A stretch of DNA of 58,766 nucleotides from Microcoleus sp. GA_180221_E-2-1-MAG-45_12 (GTDB lineage: Bacteria; Cyanobacteriota; Cyanobacteriia; Cyanobacteriales; JAAUUE01), in NCBI GenBank assembly GCA_020692245.1, contig JAIMKT010000018.1, forward strand, positions 1 through 58,766, given 5' to 3'. Positions 57,029-58,766 of this stretch are shown piece by piece (position 1 is the first letter of the stretch; each line of letters starts with the position of its first letter). Both the position numbers and the translations under genes were made by a program. A model generated the notes under the pieces. It saw only the letters and a program-made list of their open reading frames with translations, was not told where the DNA came from and made no database searches.

Positions 57029-58006
57029 ATGGCTCCTTTAGTTGCAAACTATTATTTGACTTATCGTTGTAATGCCCGGTGTCATTTCTGTAATATCTGG
57101 GCGCTAGAACCACCCAAGGAAGCAGATTTTGCCACCATTCAAAGAAACCTCCTCGACTTAAAACGTTTGGGTGTTAAATATATAGATTTTACTGGCGGTG
57201 AGCCATTACTCAGAACTGACGTAGCTGAAATCTACACCGAGGCAAAACGTCTGGGCTTCACTACGAGCATGACCACCAATACCATTCTATATCCACAGCG
57301 AGCTAAGGAAATTCAAGGAATTGTAGACTTTCTCAATTTTTCCCTTGATGGAGCCGATGCCGATACCCATGACCATTCTCGTGGGGTGAAAATTTTTGAT
57401 ACCTTGGTGGAGTCGGTGGAAACTGCCCTGTCCTTGGGTGAGTATCCGGTGTTAAACCATACAGTTACTGCCCAGAACTACGATCGCCTAGGAGAAATTG
57501 CCGATCTTGCCAGGAAACTAGGAGTCCGGGTCTGGTTAAATCCAGCATTTACCGCCTATGACCACTACAACTCCAAGAAAAACCCCACTGGAGAAATCAC
57601 CCAAGCAATTGAGGACGCAGCAAAGAAATTTAACAATCTCGGTTACAATAAGGCAGCAATAGCTTTAATTGAAGCTGGCGGCAATGACACCAAAAATCCT
57701 CGCTGCAAGGCTGTGGATGCTGTAATTGCGATTTCCCCCGACGATAAATTACTCCTACCCTGTTACCACTTTGCCCAAGAAGGGGTAGCGATCGATGGCA
57801 ACCTCTACGACCTCTACCGGGAGTCCGAAAAAGTAGAAGAATACCGTCAATCCCAAGGGAAATTATCTGTCTGTGAAGGCTGTACGGTCTGGTGTTATTT
57901 GATTCCCAGTTTCTTTATGGGTATAGATAAATATTGGTGGCTAAATCAGATAACCTATGCAGGAGAATTCCTGGCAAGAAAACGATTCTTGCTACAACGA
58001 GCTTGA
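57029..58006 (+). CDS. Radical SAM protein with a Cys-rich (SPASM-like) C-terminus
   Basis: The CxxxCxxC cluster is in YLTYRCNARCHFCNIW, with a GGEPLL SAM-binding block. Further Cys residues occur in CKAV...PCYHF...CEGCTVWC. The ATG at 57029 is preferred over the GTG at 57005. Confidence 0.8.
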   Translation: MAPLVANYYLTYRCNARCHFCNIWALEPPKEADFATIQRNLLDLKRLGVKYIDFTGGEPLLRTDVAEIYTEAKRLGFTTSMTTNTILYPQRAKEIQGIVDFLNFSLDGADADTHDHSRGVKIFDTLVESVETALSLGEYPVLNHTVTAQNYDRLGEIADLARKLGVRVWLNPAFTAYDHYNSKKNPTGEITQAIEDAAKKFNNLGYNKAAIALIEAGGNDTKNPRCKAVDAVIAISPDDKLLLPCYHFAQEGVAIDGNLYDLYRESEKVEEYRQSQGKLSVCEGCTVWCYLIPSFFMGIDKYWWLNQITYAGEFLARKRFLLQRA

Positions 58007-58766
58007 AGATATTAATTTCTTACTAGAAGACCTCTCAGAATCCGCAGAAGAGTTGACTAAGGACTTTTTTGTTGGTCAAGAAGGTAGGCGGCGTAAGGCT
58101 GCCCTAGTTTTATTAATGATTTGGTTAGTGGTGATCGCCCTTCATCTCCTTTCTTGGGGGGGTTGGGTGATTTCTGCTTTTGCAGCACTCCTCTGGGGAC
58201 AGGCTTGGCGAGTCATGACAGCTAAACCCTTGAATCCTCCTCTCCAGTCTGCTGTCCTTGCAAATTTCGCCCCCGGAAATAGCTTGGAAAATACTTCTGA
58301 GAATCCGCTAGAAAACCCGCTAGAAAACCCTCAAGATGTACCAGAAAATCTGCCTAGGGTTTCCCTACTGGTAGCTGCGAAAAATGAGGAAGCGGTAATC
58401 GGTCGCTTGGTTAAAGCCCTGTGCCAGCAAGACTATCCGAGCGATCGCCTCGAAGTCTGGATCATTGATGATGATAGTAGCGATCGTACTCCCCAAGTTT
58501 TAGCCAAACTAAAGCAAGAATTCCCCCAACTCCGCACTATCCGCCGGGCTGCTGGAGCTACGGGTGGTAAGTCTGGAGCCTTAAATCAAATCCTTGCCAA
58601 AACCAAGGGCGAAATTATTGCGGTCTTTGATGCCGATGCCACCGTTGCCCCAGACCTTGTGCGTCAGGTAGTGCCACTATTTACCACAGCCAACATGGGA
58701 GCGGTACAGATTCGCAAGGATATTGTCAACTGGGCAGACAACTTCTGGACTTTAGGGCAGAAAAAT
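57957..58766 (+). CDS. Family 2 glycosyltransferase, 5' part (runs off the window)
   Basis: I translated this frame by hand because it is open to the window end. After an N-terminal TM region it has VSLLVAAKNEEAVIGRLV, WIIDDDSSDRT, GKSGALNQ and IAVFDADA, which are GT2 (GT-A) motifs. It overlaps the radical SAM gene by 50 nt. Confidence 0.75.
   Translation, partial: MQENSWQENDSCYNELEDINFLLEDLSESAEELTKDFFVGQEGRRRKAALVLLMIWLVVIALHLLSWGGWVISAFAALLWGQAWRVMTAKPLNPPLQSAVLANFAPGNSLENTSENPLENPLENPQDVPENLPRVSLLVAAKNEEAVIGRLVKALCQQDYPSDRLEVWIIDDDSSDRTPQVLAKLKQEFPQLRTIRRAAGATGGKSGALNQILAKTKGEIIAVFDADATVAPDLVRQVVPLFTTANMGAVQIRKDIVNWADNFWTLGQKN

Overview
This window is a cyanobacterial chromosomal segment. 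The HIP1 octamer GCGATCGC recurs every few hundred bases, and the gene content includes gun4, an ictB-like gene, a Cph2/cyanobacteriochrome-type photoreceptor, an apocarotenoid oxygenase and Uma2 endonucleases. I support about 52 protein-coding genes, including one partial at the right edge and one interrupted toxin gene, plus one tRNA-Val(CAC). I found no rRNA, CRISPR array, transposase or integrase. Housekeeping genes (icd, cimA, a class A PBP, 2-Cys peroxiredoxin, mpg, cyclophilin) are interspersed with large sensory proteins. These are a 1922-aa multi-PAS adenylate cyclase, a 927-aa dual bilin photosensor kinase and a degenerate GAF pseudo-kinase. Three short AT-rich, HIP1-poor islets carry conflict-type genes: DUF262 with HicAB at 0.3-2.4 kb; an alpha/beta hydrolase with a Panacea antitoxin and RelE/Gp49-like toxin at 13.6-15.6 kb; and an orphan vWA with MNT and a TGA-interrupted HepT at 26.3-27.9 kb. 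The best candidate for an undescribed system is the tightly coupled pair at 9.5-13.0 kb. It comprises an 853-aa DEDDh exonuclease + P-loop NTPase + unknown C-terminal domain protein and a membrane-anchored SGNH hydrolase. Other points worth follow-up are a DsbD_2 + ferric-reductase-like membrane fusion, a 63-nt dispersed element upstream of two stress membrane-protein genes, and a eukaryote-like cyclophilin next to the tRNA. All functional calls rest on motif recognition by eye and no database search was run.
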